NCBI RefSeq assembly: GCF_036365525.1
Contig: NC_090405.1
Location: forward strand, 52,058,308 to 52,122,307
Origin: Heterodontus francisci
Lineage: Eukaryota
Direction of reading: 5' to 3'
DNA: 64,000 nucleotides
This document shows, piece by piece, positions 39,122 through 51,100 of the stretch (position 1 is the first letter of the stretch; each line of letters begins with the position of its first letter). The notes below the pieces were generated by a model. It was given only the letters and a program-made list of their open reading frames with translations. It was not told the DNA's origin and did not search any database. Made by a program: the position numbers and the translations under genes.

Positions 39122-40026
39122 TGTCATGCTAGGCCCCCACCTGCCAAGAATGAAACACATTAATTTTGTCATGAACATTGATTTTAAACTGTTACTGGAG
39201 TGAGGGGAGGACTTGCTGAACAGATCGGCCGTGGCTGGAAGGGGCGTTTGCATATTGGCAGACGGTGCTTGGAAGGACAAAGCAGCCATTTCCTGACATT
39301 CAACCCACAATGGACTTTTGATCACCAGATGTTGAAGGTGGGGGAGCTCCCATTCCAGGTTGACTACTAGGATGGCCGAATACACAAATGGACATGGTCA
39401 AACCAGCTAGTCACATGACTAACCTGCTGGGTAATCTGAGTTTTTTGACTTTGTACGAACAGTTTGGGCAGAGTGCCTGTTTGCTCCTGGACTGGGAAGA
39501 TCTCTCTCCTGTCTGCTCCCATCTCTTTCTCACAAGCCTCTAAATCCATTGAAACCACATGAACCCCAAGAGAGAAAAGTCTCCTATAGTGAACAAGGTT
39601 TAACAAGAATATTGGGCCCCAACGAAAAGCAAAATCTATCTACAATCATGGACTCTACAGTGAGCTCGAGGAACCATAACAACTCTTCAGATATTGCCTC
39701 AAACTTTTCCAGTTTATTTTTCTTCTGCTCTTTTCTGTCTCTATTTGCATGTGTGTATTGCGTATGCATGCTAGCGTGGGTGTGTCATTTATCCGTAGAC
39801 ATCAACCAAATTAGAGTTTAAGTTTAATAAATTTCAACTTTTCTTCTTTAAACCTAAGAAAGCCTGTTTGTGCTGGTGTCTTTGCCTTATAATTGGAAAG
39901 TGGTGAACAAGGATTCACCAAGGGGGAGCTAAAAACACGGTGTGTTTAAAAATTAAACCCTGTTACAGTAAGACCAGGTGAAGGCTGAAAGGGACCCCTA
40001 GACCTCTTTCTCACCTGGTCATAACA
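39122..40026 (+). mobile_element. Solo LTR (905 bp), probably Gypsy-type
   Basis: TGTCATG...CATAACA termini; 4-bp TSD ACAT at 39118-39121 and 40027-40030; internal AATAAA at 39826-39831. Confidence 0.8.
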
Positions 40027-40280
40027 ACATGATACAAAAATGTTAGTCCAACAAAATAATAAACCCTTGTTTTAAAGAGAATAAAACAGAGAGGAATTCA
40101 CAGCAACAAAGAAAAACATCAGGAAGCCAATCCTAGTGTTTCTAAATATTTAGATTTAAAGACTGTTACCTCGGTGCAAGATGGTTATTTATAACTGTTG
40201 ATTTTACAATAATACACCTAATTATACATTCATTGCCGGATCCTCCGTCTCAAAGTTTAAACTCTTCAAACAGAATCCCA

Positions 40281-40414
40281 TTATCCAGTAAGAATGCTTC
40301 TTTCTTTGAACAGTGCATCCAAGCTCATTTCCAGGGCCTGATTGGTTCCTCTAAGTCCAGCAACAACTTGGGAAGCCCAGATGAAATATTCTTCAACGCG
40401 TTTCTCAGTCCATC
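40281..40414 (-). CDS. HDDC3: HDDC3 exon 4, coding part (134 nt)
   Basis: cag|WTEKRVEEYFIWASQVVAGLRGTNQALEMSLDALFKERSILTG then TAA. Confidence 0.95.
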
Positions 40415-43400
40415 CTGAACAAGGATTGAACAGAACAGTAGTCAGGGTGCAATAAAAACAAGAAATGCTGGAACCACTCAGCAGGTTTGGCAGCATCTGT
40501 GGAAAGAGAAGCAGAGTTAACGTTTCGGGTCAGTGACCCTTCATCGGTCAGGGTGCAATTGGGCTCCATTTCCTCAACCCACTGTTACAATTCATTATTT
40601 CCCAGAAAGAAAGACTTGGATTTACATTGGGTCTTATCACATCCCTAGGTGCTGTACAGACAGAGAATCATTTTTAAGGTTTTGGGCAGCCAATGTGGCA
40701 GCCACTTTCCCCATAGCTAAGTCCCTACAAACAGCAGTGAGCTGATTGGCCAGTTGCTCTGTTTTGGCTAGGACTCTGGGAGAACGCCCAGTTCTTCAAA
40801 TAATGCCATGGAATCTTCAACATTCACCTGAGCCACAATAACAGGCAGATTAATGTATTTTACTCGGGTTAATGTATTTTCCAATGGTCAGCAGCTCTGA
40901 CAGTGTAGCATTCCTTCACTACTGCTCCGTATTGCTTGCCTAGATTATGTGCGAAAGTGGGATTTGAAATCACAACTAACCCGACCCTATATACATACAG
41001 TTTCCAGCAAGAGACAGTTAAGAATGGGAACCCTGGCTGTGTTTCCCTGCACCAACACTAAAAGGATTCCCCAGAGATTAGGGAATGCAACAATTAGACC
41101 TGAGCGATAAACTTGGAGGAAGATAAACAGTCACAAAGGACTGTGTTCCTGACCTGCTGGAGTGCAGCGCTTGAGATCCCTCAGATTGTACAATTTATCG
41201 GCCAGTTTCACCAGTTTAGCTTCACGGCTGCAGTGAGGGGCATGTTTAATCTGTTGCTGCTTCCGCTCCTCCTTCGAAAGAGACTTATCATCTGTCACCT
41301 CAGTAACAATACTCCGCACCTTCTCTCCAAAGCTCTCCTCAATCTCGGCGAGTGTAGTGTCTGTATCTTCAACAGTGTCATGGAGAAGTGCTGCCTTGCA
41401 AAAGAGCAAAAGAAAAGACAGATAAATCTCAATCATGGTTAAATTGTGATGTAACTCAGTATCAGGTATCTCAGGACCAACTAAGCCAAGGCTCAGCTGG
41501 TAACAGGCTCAACTCTGAGTTCGAAGGTTCTGTGTTCATGCCCTACTTCAGGACTTGAGCATGTAATCGAAGGTGGCACCAAGGGAGTGCAGCATAATCA
41601 GAGCTGCCATCTTTCATAATGATATATTATGGAAGGATTCTTTGAGAAGGATATGTAGATAGGGTGAGATGAAGTAGGGTGGGTGAAGGCCCGTATTGAA
41701 CATAAACACTGGCATAGGCCAGTTGGGCCAAATGGCCTGTTTCTGTGCTGTATGTTCTATGTAATTCTATGTAATACAGTAAATCGATGCTCTGTTCAAG
41801 TGGATGTAAACGATCAAATCCATTATTTGAAGACGAACAAGGAGTCAATTCTGGACAACATTCCATCAGAAACCTGGAAATGGCTCGTTCGGGTTTGGTG
41901 TAACGGCAGCAACCATCATTGATGTGACATTTACCTGTAAGATGATCACATCTGTAATTCCAGCTTCATGGGTCAAAATTCGGGAAACACCTTTAAATAA
42001 ACAGAAAAACAGCAAAGAAATCCCATTGAGCAATGCCCTTCTCCGGCAACTTTCAAACTAAACACAGTGAAACAGAAATGAATGTGCATCACGGCAGACA
42101 ACAACAACTTGTATTTATGTAACCTCCTTCCCGTTGAACTTCAGAAGAAGAGAAAACATGAAGGAATAAGGCACAGTTAAGGGAAGTAGACTTGCAGGAG
42201 CCCGAGACAGGGATGGAAGGAGGTAGCCAGGTGAAACATTTTGGAGAGAGTTCGAAAGGACAGCAGTGGAGTGGCTGGTGGATTGGTGTCTGATGGTGGC
42301 AGAGGCACAAGCAGCAAGTTCAGAGTGGAGGGTGAGGGCTGAGTGACGAGTTGTTATGATCTGGAACGCGCTGCCTGAAAGGGCGGTGGAAGCAGATTCA
42401 ATAGTAACTTTCAAAAGGGAATTGGATAAATACTTGTAATGGAAAAATTTGCAGGGCTATGGGGAAAGAGCAGGGGTGTGGGACTAATTGGATAGCTCTT
42501 TCAAAGAGACGGCATAAGCTTGATGGGCCAAATATCATTCTATGATTAAGGCAGAGACCAACAGTCCTGCAACAAATGGGGTGGCACAGTGGTTAGCACT
42601 GCAGCTGCACAGCTCCAGTGATTCCAGGTTCGGTTCTGGGTACTGCCTGTGCAGAGTTTGCAAGTTCTCCCTGTGACTGTGGGTTTTCGCTAGGTGCTCC
42701 GGTTTCCTCCCACAGCCAAAGACTGGCAGGTTGATAGGTAAATTGGCCATTGTAAATTGCCCCTATTGTAGGTAGGAGAATTGAGGGAAGGTGGGGATGT
42801 AAGAGGGAAATGGGATTAATGTCAGGTTAGTATAAATGGGTGGCTGATGGTCAGCACAGACTCGGTGGGCTGAAGGGCCTGTTTCAGTGCTGTATCACTC
42901 TGCCTTGACTAACACCTTCCTTACATATATATATAAAAACATGTAAAAAATTTAAATCCCCCACACAAGTTCTCTGACCTCCTCTGGGAGGTACGAACCT
43001 ATACCAGGAATTTATTCCTATTTATTTCTATCTTTCACGCAACAAGGACAACACAAACACTCCATCAATGAGCTCTTGGTTCTCACACCTGCCCAGGTAC
43101 ATCCCAAGCATAGGATTGGATCATTTGATTTTCCACCTTCCCCCACCCCTTCTTCATCCCAAAATCACAGCCTTTTGCAAGATACAGTTCCACGGGGGCT
43201 AGCATTCCTCTCGTATTCCTGCTGGTGGTCTTCACGTGTAAAGCCAGCCAGCGTTAGTCGACTGATTGACTATGGCAGGCATCACAGTTGAGCCCAGTCC
43301 TGTGCTTCAATTTAACTTTACTAAATTAACTTGAAATTAGCTTTAAGTACAAATATCCCCAAATCAGCTCATCGCCGGCTCTTCTCCCTTCCTCCCCTCC

Positions 43401-43721
43401 AAGCGATTGGACTTTAAGTAAACTGGAGAGTTAATTTATACTTAGAAGTCCCTCTGGTAACTTGTATTCGCACCGATAACTCTTGGTGCTTTTCAGAGTT
43501 TAATGTTGCAGTTTTATTCAATGTGCAACAAGCTTCCAGCTGGTTTGTTGAAGGAGTGAAGCTGCATTATTTTGGGGAGATTGTGTTTCAGACTCTCCCC
43601 CATCCTTACCCAGGGGGTGGTTGATGTATGGAGTTCCCTCCGGGTCTTTGCGCCGCTGATTTTTGTGCTTTTTCGCTGCAAAATCAGCGGCTTCGAGAAT
43701 CCGCTGTACATCAGAACTCAT
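40281..43721 (-). CDS. HDDC3: HD domain-containing protein 3 / MESH1 ((p)ppGpp hydrolase, NADPH phosphatase); 4 exons, 543 nt, 180 aa
   Basis: Exons 43610-43721, 41935-41990, 41154-41394 and 40281-40414 join in frame. Motifs AADFAAKKH..QRRKDPEGTPYINHP, LLHDTVED (HD motif), VKLADKLYNLRDL. Confidence 0.97.
40454..40546 (-). mobile_element. Short PLE terminal fragment with hammerhead-like core and 13-bp TSD
   Basis: TSD gtcagggtgcaat at 40441-40453 and 40547-40559; CCGAUGA A GGGUC-ACU-GACCC GAAACGUU AACUC. Confidence 0.8.
41154..41394 (-). CDS. HDDC3: HDDC3 exon 3 (241 nt)
   Basis: aag|AALLHDTVEDT...KLADKLYNLRDLKRCTPA|gtcagg. Confidence 0.95.
41935..41990 (-). CDS. HDDC3: HDDC3 exon 2 (56 nt)
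   Basis: aag|VSRILTHEAGITDVIILQ|gtaaat. Confidence 0.94.
42578..42900 (+). mobile_element. tRNA-derived SINE (V-SINE/HE1-like); further copies at ~31590-31900 (-) and ~45053-45313 (-)
   Basis: A-box ggcacagtggttagc, central ggtgctccggtttcctcccaca, CR1-like tail gaagggcctgtttcagtgctgtatc. Confidence 0.75.
43610..43721 (-). CDS. HDDC3: HDDC3 exon 1 (112 nt)
   Basis: MSSDVQRILEAADFAAKKHKNQRRKDPEGTPYINHPL|gtaagg. Confidence 0.95.
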
Positions 43722-44224
43722 TGCACCTTCCGCATCCGGAGCAGCAGCAAAAAAAAGCGGAGTTGGAAGGCGGAGCAGAGAAAACACCCTGCCCACAAAT
43801 AGCAGCAGGGAATAGCCTGTGGAAACAGGAGTCAATTCCTGGAAATAAACCCCAAGGACAAACTCCCCGGCAGGACAACTTTTCCAAAACTCTTTCTCAC
43901 CACAAACTGCAGTGGGACTCTGCAGCTCACCAACTCCCCACCACCTGATCCCACTTTCTATCTCTTGGTCTGTTATCCTTGCAGGTTACAGCACTTCATG
44001 TGTGTATCCTCTCAGGCAGTGAGTTCCAGACCCCCACCACCCTCTGAGTGAGTAATTTACATCCATTCTCTATTATTACTATCCAGTCAAAAATTTCCAG
44101 CACTTTCTACAAATAATCTATAACTGGGCGAGTCTGAAACACCTCATACCAGCATTAGGATTGGCGTGACTGTGTATCATGTTATCCATTTGCTCAATAA
44201 TATGCTACATCCTAATGGACCTGG

Positions 44225-44825
44225 ACAATGTATGTCAGCCAAGAGCGACGTCTCAATTCATTCCATCTTCGCTGCCTCCGGAGAATCCTTGGCATCAGGT
44301 GGCAGGACCGTATCTCCAACACAGAAGTCCTCGAGGCAGCCAACATCCCCAGCTTATACACACTACTGAGCCAGCGGCGCTTGAGATGGCTTGGCCATGT
44401 GAGCCGCATGGAAGATGGCAGGATCCCCAAAGACACATTGTACAGCGAGCTCGCCACTGGTATCAGACCCACCGGCCGTCCATGTCTCCGTTATAAAGAC
44501 GTCTGCAAACGTGACATGAAGTCCTGTGACACTGATCACAAGTCGTGGGAGTCAGTTGCCAGCGTTCGCCAGAGCTGGCGGGCAGCCATAAAGACGGGGC
44601 TAAAATGTGGCGAGTCAAAGTGACTTAGCAGTTGGCAGGAAAAAAGACAGAAGCGCAACGGGAGAGCCAACTGTGCAACAGCCCCGACAAACAAATTTTT
44701 ATCTGCAGCACCTGTGGAAGAGTCTGTCACTCTAGAATTGCCACTCCAGGCGCTGCTCCACAAACCACTGACCACCTCCAGGCGCGTATCCATTGTCTCT
44801 CGAGATAAAGAGGCCAAAGAAGAAG
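44225..44825 (+). mobile_element. RTE-clade LINE 3' fragment
   Basis: RRLNSFHLRCLRRILGIRWQDRISNTEVL...RRLRWLGHVSRMEDGRIPK..LYSEL..G.RPTGRP.LRYKDVCKRDMK. Confidence 0.88.
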
Positions 44826-45321
44826 AATAGGTAAAGGTATTAGTTGATGAACTGACGCATACAGACCATTTTATGAATCCTTGTCATTTGTGTTGGTGAA
44901 CTGCATTGAGATTTGTTCAATGTTGGATTATTCCAACCATCGGACAGCGCTCCTTTCAAATCCAAGTACTTCGCATCACCCAATCCCAGCACACATGTAG
45001 ACTCTAGCAGGGCATTAGAACTGAACCAGGACTGAAGTGTCAGTCTATTTATTTATTTAGAGATACAGCACTGAAACAGGCCCTTCGGCCCACCGAGTCT
45101 GTGCCGACCATCAACCACCCATATGTACTAATCCTACACTAATCCCATATTCTTACCACATCCCCACCTGTCCCTATACTAGGGGCAATTTATAATGGCC
45201 AATTTACCTACGAACCTGCAAGTCTTTTGGCTTGTGGGAGGAAACCCACGCAGACACAGGGAGAACTTGCAAACTCCACACAGGCAGTACCCAGAATTGA
45301 ACCTGGGTCGCTGGTCTAGAT

Positions 45322-45721
45322 CAGGGTTCTCCAACCTTTTCGTGTAGGGGCCACATTACAATTTGTGTTTTACATAGGGGGCTGGTGAGATAATTTCGGA
45401 AAGATAAAGGCATGAAAAATTTATCTTAGTATTAATCAAAACAAATGTACATTTTTGTCAAGAAGCTTTAAATGAGACTAATTTGTTGACTTATGTTGGA
45501 CACTGATTTAGTGCGATATCTGTTTTTTTTTGCTTGCACAAGTCGTCAGTGTTTGCCCACACATTTGTAGCCATGTGCAGTATTACGGATAGATGTCCAT
45601 GTGTCGGGAGTGATCTTGATCACTCTTGCTTTCCCTCTCTCTTCCTATGTTCCCCCCTCAGTGTTGTTTCCCCCGTGTCCTTCCTCTTTCTCTGTTCCCT
45701 GCCGTATGTTGGACAACCCTG
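45322..45721. mobile_element. Non-autonomous hAT (Charlie-like) MITE, 400 bp
   Basis: 14-bp TIRs CAGGGTTCTCCAAC / GTTGGACAACCCTG (one mismatch); perfect 8-bp TSD GTCTAGAT at 45314-45321 and 45722-45729. Confidence 0.88.
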
Positions 45722-46069
45722 GTCTAGATAATGTGGCAAGTCCTGTGGAGGCTTTAAACCCACAACTTTCTGACTCTGGTCAGAGGGCTACTGCTGAGTT
45801 AAATTGACGGTGAAACACAGGTCTTTCACTTTTGAGGCCTTGGCTTCATATCCAGCACAGACTCTAGGAGGAAACATTTTGCTGTGTTGGTGATAAGGAT
45901 TCGACATGAATTGAGTTTGAGTGGTCTCTGTCTAGTTCCTAGTGTGCATGCGTCCATAATATCCACTGTCCTAACTCCAGTCTCAGAGGCTTCAGGGTGA
46001 CTTGTGTGGAAAATGAACCAAATGCCACAGTGGTGGGGCTATTGTTCTGAACTTTAGGCTGAGGTGAAA

Positions 46070-46296
46070 TGGAGGGAGATTTTTGCTATATCTAACTCCA
46101 TTCTCTACCTGTCCTGGGAGTGTTTGATGGGACAGTGTACAGGGAGCTTTACTCTGTATCTAACCCCACGCTGTACCTGCCCTGGGCGTATTTGATGGGG
46201 ACAGTGTAGAGGGAGCTTTACTCTGTATCTAACCTCATGCTGTACCTGTCCTGGGAGTGTTTGATGGGGACAGTGTACAGGGAGCTTTACTCTGTA
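46070..46296. repeat. Same ~69-bp tandem repeat in inverted orientation, ~3 units
   Basis: gggagctttactctgtatctaacc...gctgtacctgtcctgggagtgtttgatgggacagtgta, repeated. Confidence 0.9.
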
Positions 46297-46537
46297 AAAT
46301 TAGAGCTTATGGGATTGTGGGGTGGGGAAATATACTGGGATTGACTGAGAACTCATTAACAGACAGAAAATGAGAGTAGGAATAAATGGGTCATTTTCAG
46401 GTTGGTAGACTGTGACTAGAGGGGTACTGCAAGGATCAGTGCTTGGGCCCCAGCTATTCACAATCTTTTTACTCTATCTAACCAGAGACTGAAGCTATGC
46501 AAAAAGACACCACACAGTACACACATATCGACAGCTC

Positions 46538-46543
46538 TTTATT
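46538..46543 (-). terminator. Candidate NGRN polyadenylation signal (AATAAA)
   Basis: tttatt on the + strand ~960 nt downstream of the stop; a second copy at 46595-46600. Confidence 0.55.
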
Positions 46544-47094
46544 TCATTGTATAACAGCTGGTTTAACAGCACAGGCATAGAAAACACAGAGGATTTTATT
46601 TTGTGAAATATTGGAAGACTATGTACAAAGCTTTACAAAAAGGCAACAAACAGAAGGAAGCCCTTCCAGGAATTCACTAATCACAGCAGTGCCTCCTATT
46701 AGTTTTGGAACTTTACATATCCCAACTTAACAGAATTGGTTATCCCAGTGTCTCCAAATGAAATCGACCAAACAGTTCATTCCCTGCTCCATGCCATCGG
46801 AATTCTCAGCCAGCTGCTACTGCTGATCACAGTGACTCTCAGATAGAGGCTCCCACTCCTAACTACCATCCGGTGACCCTTGTGGAGTGAATCTCCACCT
46901 CCCACTAAGAGTCTGTGTGCTGGCTCAAGTCCAGATAGGGCTTGGCTGTGATGCTTCTCACAGTTAAATAGTCAGCCTTCATTCACAGAGAACAGCCATG
47001 TGACGAGGAACCAGGAGTAACTGGCAGGCATGAAATCAATCAAGGGCCAAAGTAGAAAGGAAGGTGAAGTGCAAATGGTGGGCTTCATTTTAGG

Positions 47095-47478
47095 CGTCAG
47101 CCAGTTATGGGTTCAAGTCCCACTCCGGAGACTTGAGCGCAAAATCTGACACTTTACTGAGGGAATGCTGCGCTGTCGGAGGTGCAGTCTTTCAGAATAA
47201 ACATTTACTCAGGGGGCTATAAATAATCCTACAGCTCCATTCGAAGGGATGAGGAGTTCTCCCCAGTGTCTTGACCAATATTTATCCCTCAACCAACTTC
47301 ACTAACACAGATTATCTGGTCATTATCACATTACTATTTGTGGGATCTTGCTGTGCACAAATTTGCTGCCCGTTTCCTACAACAGTGATGACGCTTCAAA
47401 TATATTTCATTGGCTGTAAAGCGCTTTGGGAGGGCCTGAGGTCGTGAAGGGCGCTATCGAAATGCAAGTTCTTTCTTT
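47095..47478 (+). mobile_element. Deu-domain (SacSINE1-like) SINE in the NGRN 3'UTR; family also at ~7405-7810, 28710-30170, 52355-52750, 61565-61940
   Basis: ggttcaagtcccactcc B-box, ggagttctccccagtgtc...atttatccctcaaccaac central domain, L2-like tail. Confidence 0.7.
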
Positions 47479-47501
47479 CATCAGTGACTCGATTGTACAA
47501 G

Positions 47502-48162
47502 TTAGGTTTCCTGTTTGGGATTATTTAAGGAGTCTACGTTACTAATTCTATAAAGAAAATTGCCTTCCTGATCATAAAACTCGTAACCCTTCTGTACAAC
47601 TTTCATTTGGTTTTCAGACCCACTTGCAGTGAGTTTCTGCAATTCCTCATCAGTCCCTTGAACAGCCAGTAATTGTTCCCCGTCAGAGCTGTTGCAGGTT
47701 TCATCGCACTCGTCCCTCTCCTCGTGGGAAGCCACCTTTCTACCACTCTTGGTTTTCATCATGTCAGGGCTGCTCTGAATTCTGAGCTGCTTGCAGACTC
47801 TCTGTTGAACAAGATCCATTCTCCCCGTCTCCTTTACAGTGGGTTTGTGCACTCTACCTTTCAAGTCAGAACGCACGGGAAACGTTACTGCTCCCTGACA
47901 GCGACTGAGCGTGACTGCTTCATCTGTGATCGGTTCAGATTTTACCAGTGCCTTTATGCTTGGTGAATCGACAGTCAGTTGTTTAGCTCTGGGAGAGAGA
48001 GTCAGCGTCGCAGCACGAGCATTTGCATCTTGCTTCATCCTTCTCTGCAATGAAGGGGTGAACTTACTCCTCAGCACTCTCCGGATAACATCCTCACTCA
48101 CCGAAAATCCCTCTGCCAGTTGTGACACATTCCACTCCTCTGGAAACCTTTCCCTCAAAAAC
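47502..48162 (-). CDS. NGRN: NGRN exon 3, coding part (661 nt)
   Basis: cag|FLRERFPEEW...KVVQKGYEFYDQEGNFLYRISNVDSLNNPKQET then TAA. Confidence 0.94.
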
Positions 48163-51100
48163 CTGAAACATGTTAGAAATCAAAGCATTTTTATCCCATT
48201 TGAAACTTAGCAATGCGTGTTAGAGAAGAACTTGTACAGAAACGAGTGAGTGAACTTATACACTGGCTAATTGTAGCCCTCTGAAACAGCGCGAATGCAC
48301 CACAGTTACTTTTATTACATAGGCTACGAAGGGATGTAGGAAAGAGGAGGCCATTCAGCCTGTTCCATCATTCAATGAGATCATAGCTGATCAGTATCAC
48401 AACCCCATTTAGGCAGCTTTGCCCCATATCCCTCAATCCCTTTCCCCATCAAAAATCTTTTTTCAAGCACAAGCTGAGCAAATGTACGCCCAGCTATTTA
48501 ACCTCGGGAGTTCGAGCAGCCTAATTGAACCAATACACAACGACTGTACAAACCCTGGCTATTTTTTCCCCTCTCTCCTTTGCCTAGGCCACGGAATCCA
48601 ATTATAGTGCCTCAACTAACACAGGCTGGGGATTATGCGCAGAACATTCTGGATCTGTGCCGCTCCTTGCAACAATCGGCAGGGTGTTGACTCACCTTAG
48701 TCATCAGGAAGCATCAGCATGTTGCATGTATTTGTTTGAGTGAAAGTTCCACGCTGACAAAGGACACTGCCACACCACAGTTTAACAGACCCAGGTTTAA
48801 CTCTTACCTGATCTGCTGCATCGCTTCTGACGTTAGTGACCGTGGGAGGGCCCCGGAAAGACCTAATTCTGCCCGAATTCTCCGAAACTTAATGGCTCTC
48901 AGCTTCCGCTTTTCAGCTCTGCAAACAGGTGTAAAATGCAGAGCAATATTTTCCAAAATCTACTTGTCAATTCAAAAAGCAACTTTAGCAAATATTACAA
49001 ACTAATCGTGCGGTCAATACAGATTGTTTAACATGTTTGAATGTTTTCATTATTATAGTTATGATCTGTTAGTACTTGTTACTAGTTTTTATAAAAAAAT
49101 GAGTGCAACTCTGAAGCAAGCTGTTTGGTTAATGGACTACAATACAAAGGTTAAGGTGCATTTTCAGGTTATCAAGAAATGACCATTTGAAATTACCATT
49201 GTGAATTTTTGTCCATGTTTGCCAACAAGTCTTTGAAATGCTAGACACAATCATAACTAGAATTGCTCTGCCAAATCAACGAGTGACAGAATATCCTAAT
49301 AGCACACAGATCAACAAAATAGTTACTAACATACTAAATTTATCAGATAATTTCAGTGAGAACAGAAAGTGCCGGAAGTACTCAGCAGGTCAGGCAGCAT
49401 CTGTGTAGAGAGAGACCGAGTTAACGTTTCAGGTCTGTGACCCTTCATCAGAACCGGCAAAAGTTAGAAATGTAAAAGTCTTTGTGCAAGTGAAAGGTGG
49501 GGGAGGTGGCTGGCAGGGGGGGGGGGGGGGGGGAAGAGAACAAAAGGGAAGGTCTCTGATAGGATGGAGGGCAGGAGAGATTAACTGACAGATGTCATGG
49601 AATAGAAGGCAAATGGAGTGCTCAATAGTTGTAGTAAAAGACAAAGCATTTGTCCAGAGAGTGCTAATGGCAGAATAATGAACAGCTCTGCCCGAAAGCA
49701 AAAGACTATCTCATGGTTAATAAAATATATAAAAATAAAAAAAGTAAATAATGGGGCTCATGGTCTGAAATTATTGATTCAATATTGAGTCCAGAAGGCT
49801 GTGGAGTGCCTAATTAGAAGATGAGATGCTGTTCCTTCAGCTTGTGTTGAGCTTCAGTGGAACACTGCAGCAGGCCGAGGACAGGAATGTGTGTGTGAGA
49901 GCAGGCTGGTGAATTAAAATGGCAAGAAACTGGAAACCTTGTCCTGCTTGCAGACTGAGCGGAGGTGTTCTGCAAAGGCGGTCACCCAATCTGCGTTTGG
50001 TCTCCCCAATGTGGAGACGACCACATTGTGAGCAGTGAATACAGTATACTACATTGAAAGAAGTACAAGTAAATCACTGCTTCACCTGGAAGGAGTGTTT
50101 GGAGCCTTAGATGGTGAGGAGAGAGGAGGTAAAAGGGAAGGTATTACACCTCCTGCGATTGCAGGGGAAGGTGCCATGGGAAGGGGACGAGGTGTTGGAG
50201 GTGATGGAGGAGTGGACCAGGGTGTTGCGGAGGCAACAATCCCTTCAGAATGCTGACAGGGGAAGGGAGGGGAGGATGCGTTTGGTAGTGGCATCAGGCT
50301 GGAGGCGGTGGAAATGGCGGAGGATGATCCTTTGGATATGGAGGCTGGTGGGGTGGAAAGTGAGGACAAGGGGAACCCTGTCAGGGTTCTGGAAGGGAGG
50401 GGAAGGGGTGAGGGTAGAGGTGCGGGAAATGGGCCGGACACGGTTGAGGGTCCTGTCAAACACAGTGGGGGGGGAATCCTCGGTTGAGGAAAAAGGAAGA
50501 CATATCAGAAGCGCTGTTGTGGAAGGTATCATCAGAGCAGATACGTCGGAGATGGAGAAACTGGGAGAATGGAATGGAGTCCTTACAGGAGGTAGGGTGT
50601 GAAGAAGTGTAGTCGAGGTAGCTGTGGGAGTCGGTGGGCTTATAATGAATATTATTAGACAACCTATCCCCAGAGATGGAGACAGAGAAGTCGAGGAAGG
50701 GAAGGGAAGTGTCAGAGATGGACCATGTAAAGGTGAGAGAAGGGTGGAAATTGGAAGCAAAGTTAAAGTTTTGCAGTTCGGGGCGGGAGCAGGAAACGGC
50801 ACCGATACAGTCATCAATTAATAATTTTAAATACATGAAGCATTAATGTACTGTCATTAAAATGTGTGTCTAGTTGACATTGTTTTGGTTTTCATTAATG
50901 TATTTAGTTATCAATTGGTAATTATTGATTTGCAGTTAGTTATTAATTACTATTACTTACTGCAGTTACCATTAGTAAACAGTTGAGTTATATTAATATT
51001 TTAATGATAATTCTGTGGTTATTATGGTAGTTACTGGTTAACTAATGATGGCTGATTTAACTGTCTTGACCTGATTATTTCCTCCAGCTCCTCCACCACG

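Noticed and set aside
40281-43721. HDDC3 as a bacterial SpoT horizontal transfer
   Set aside because: Spliced gene with ordinary introns; MESH1 is an established, vertically inherited metazoan gene.
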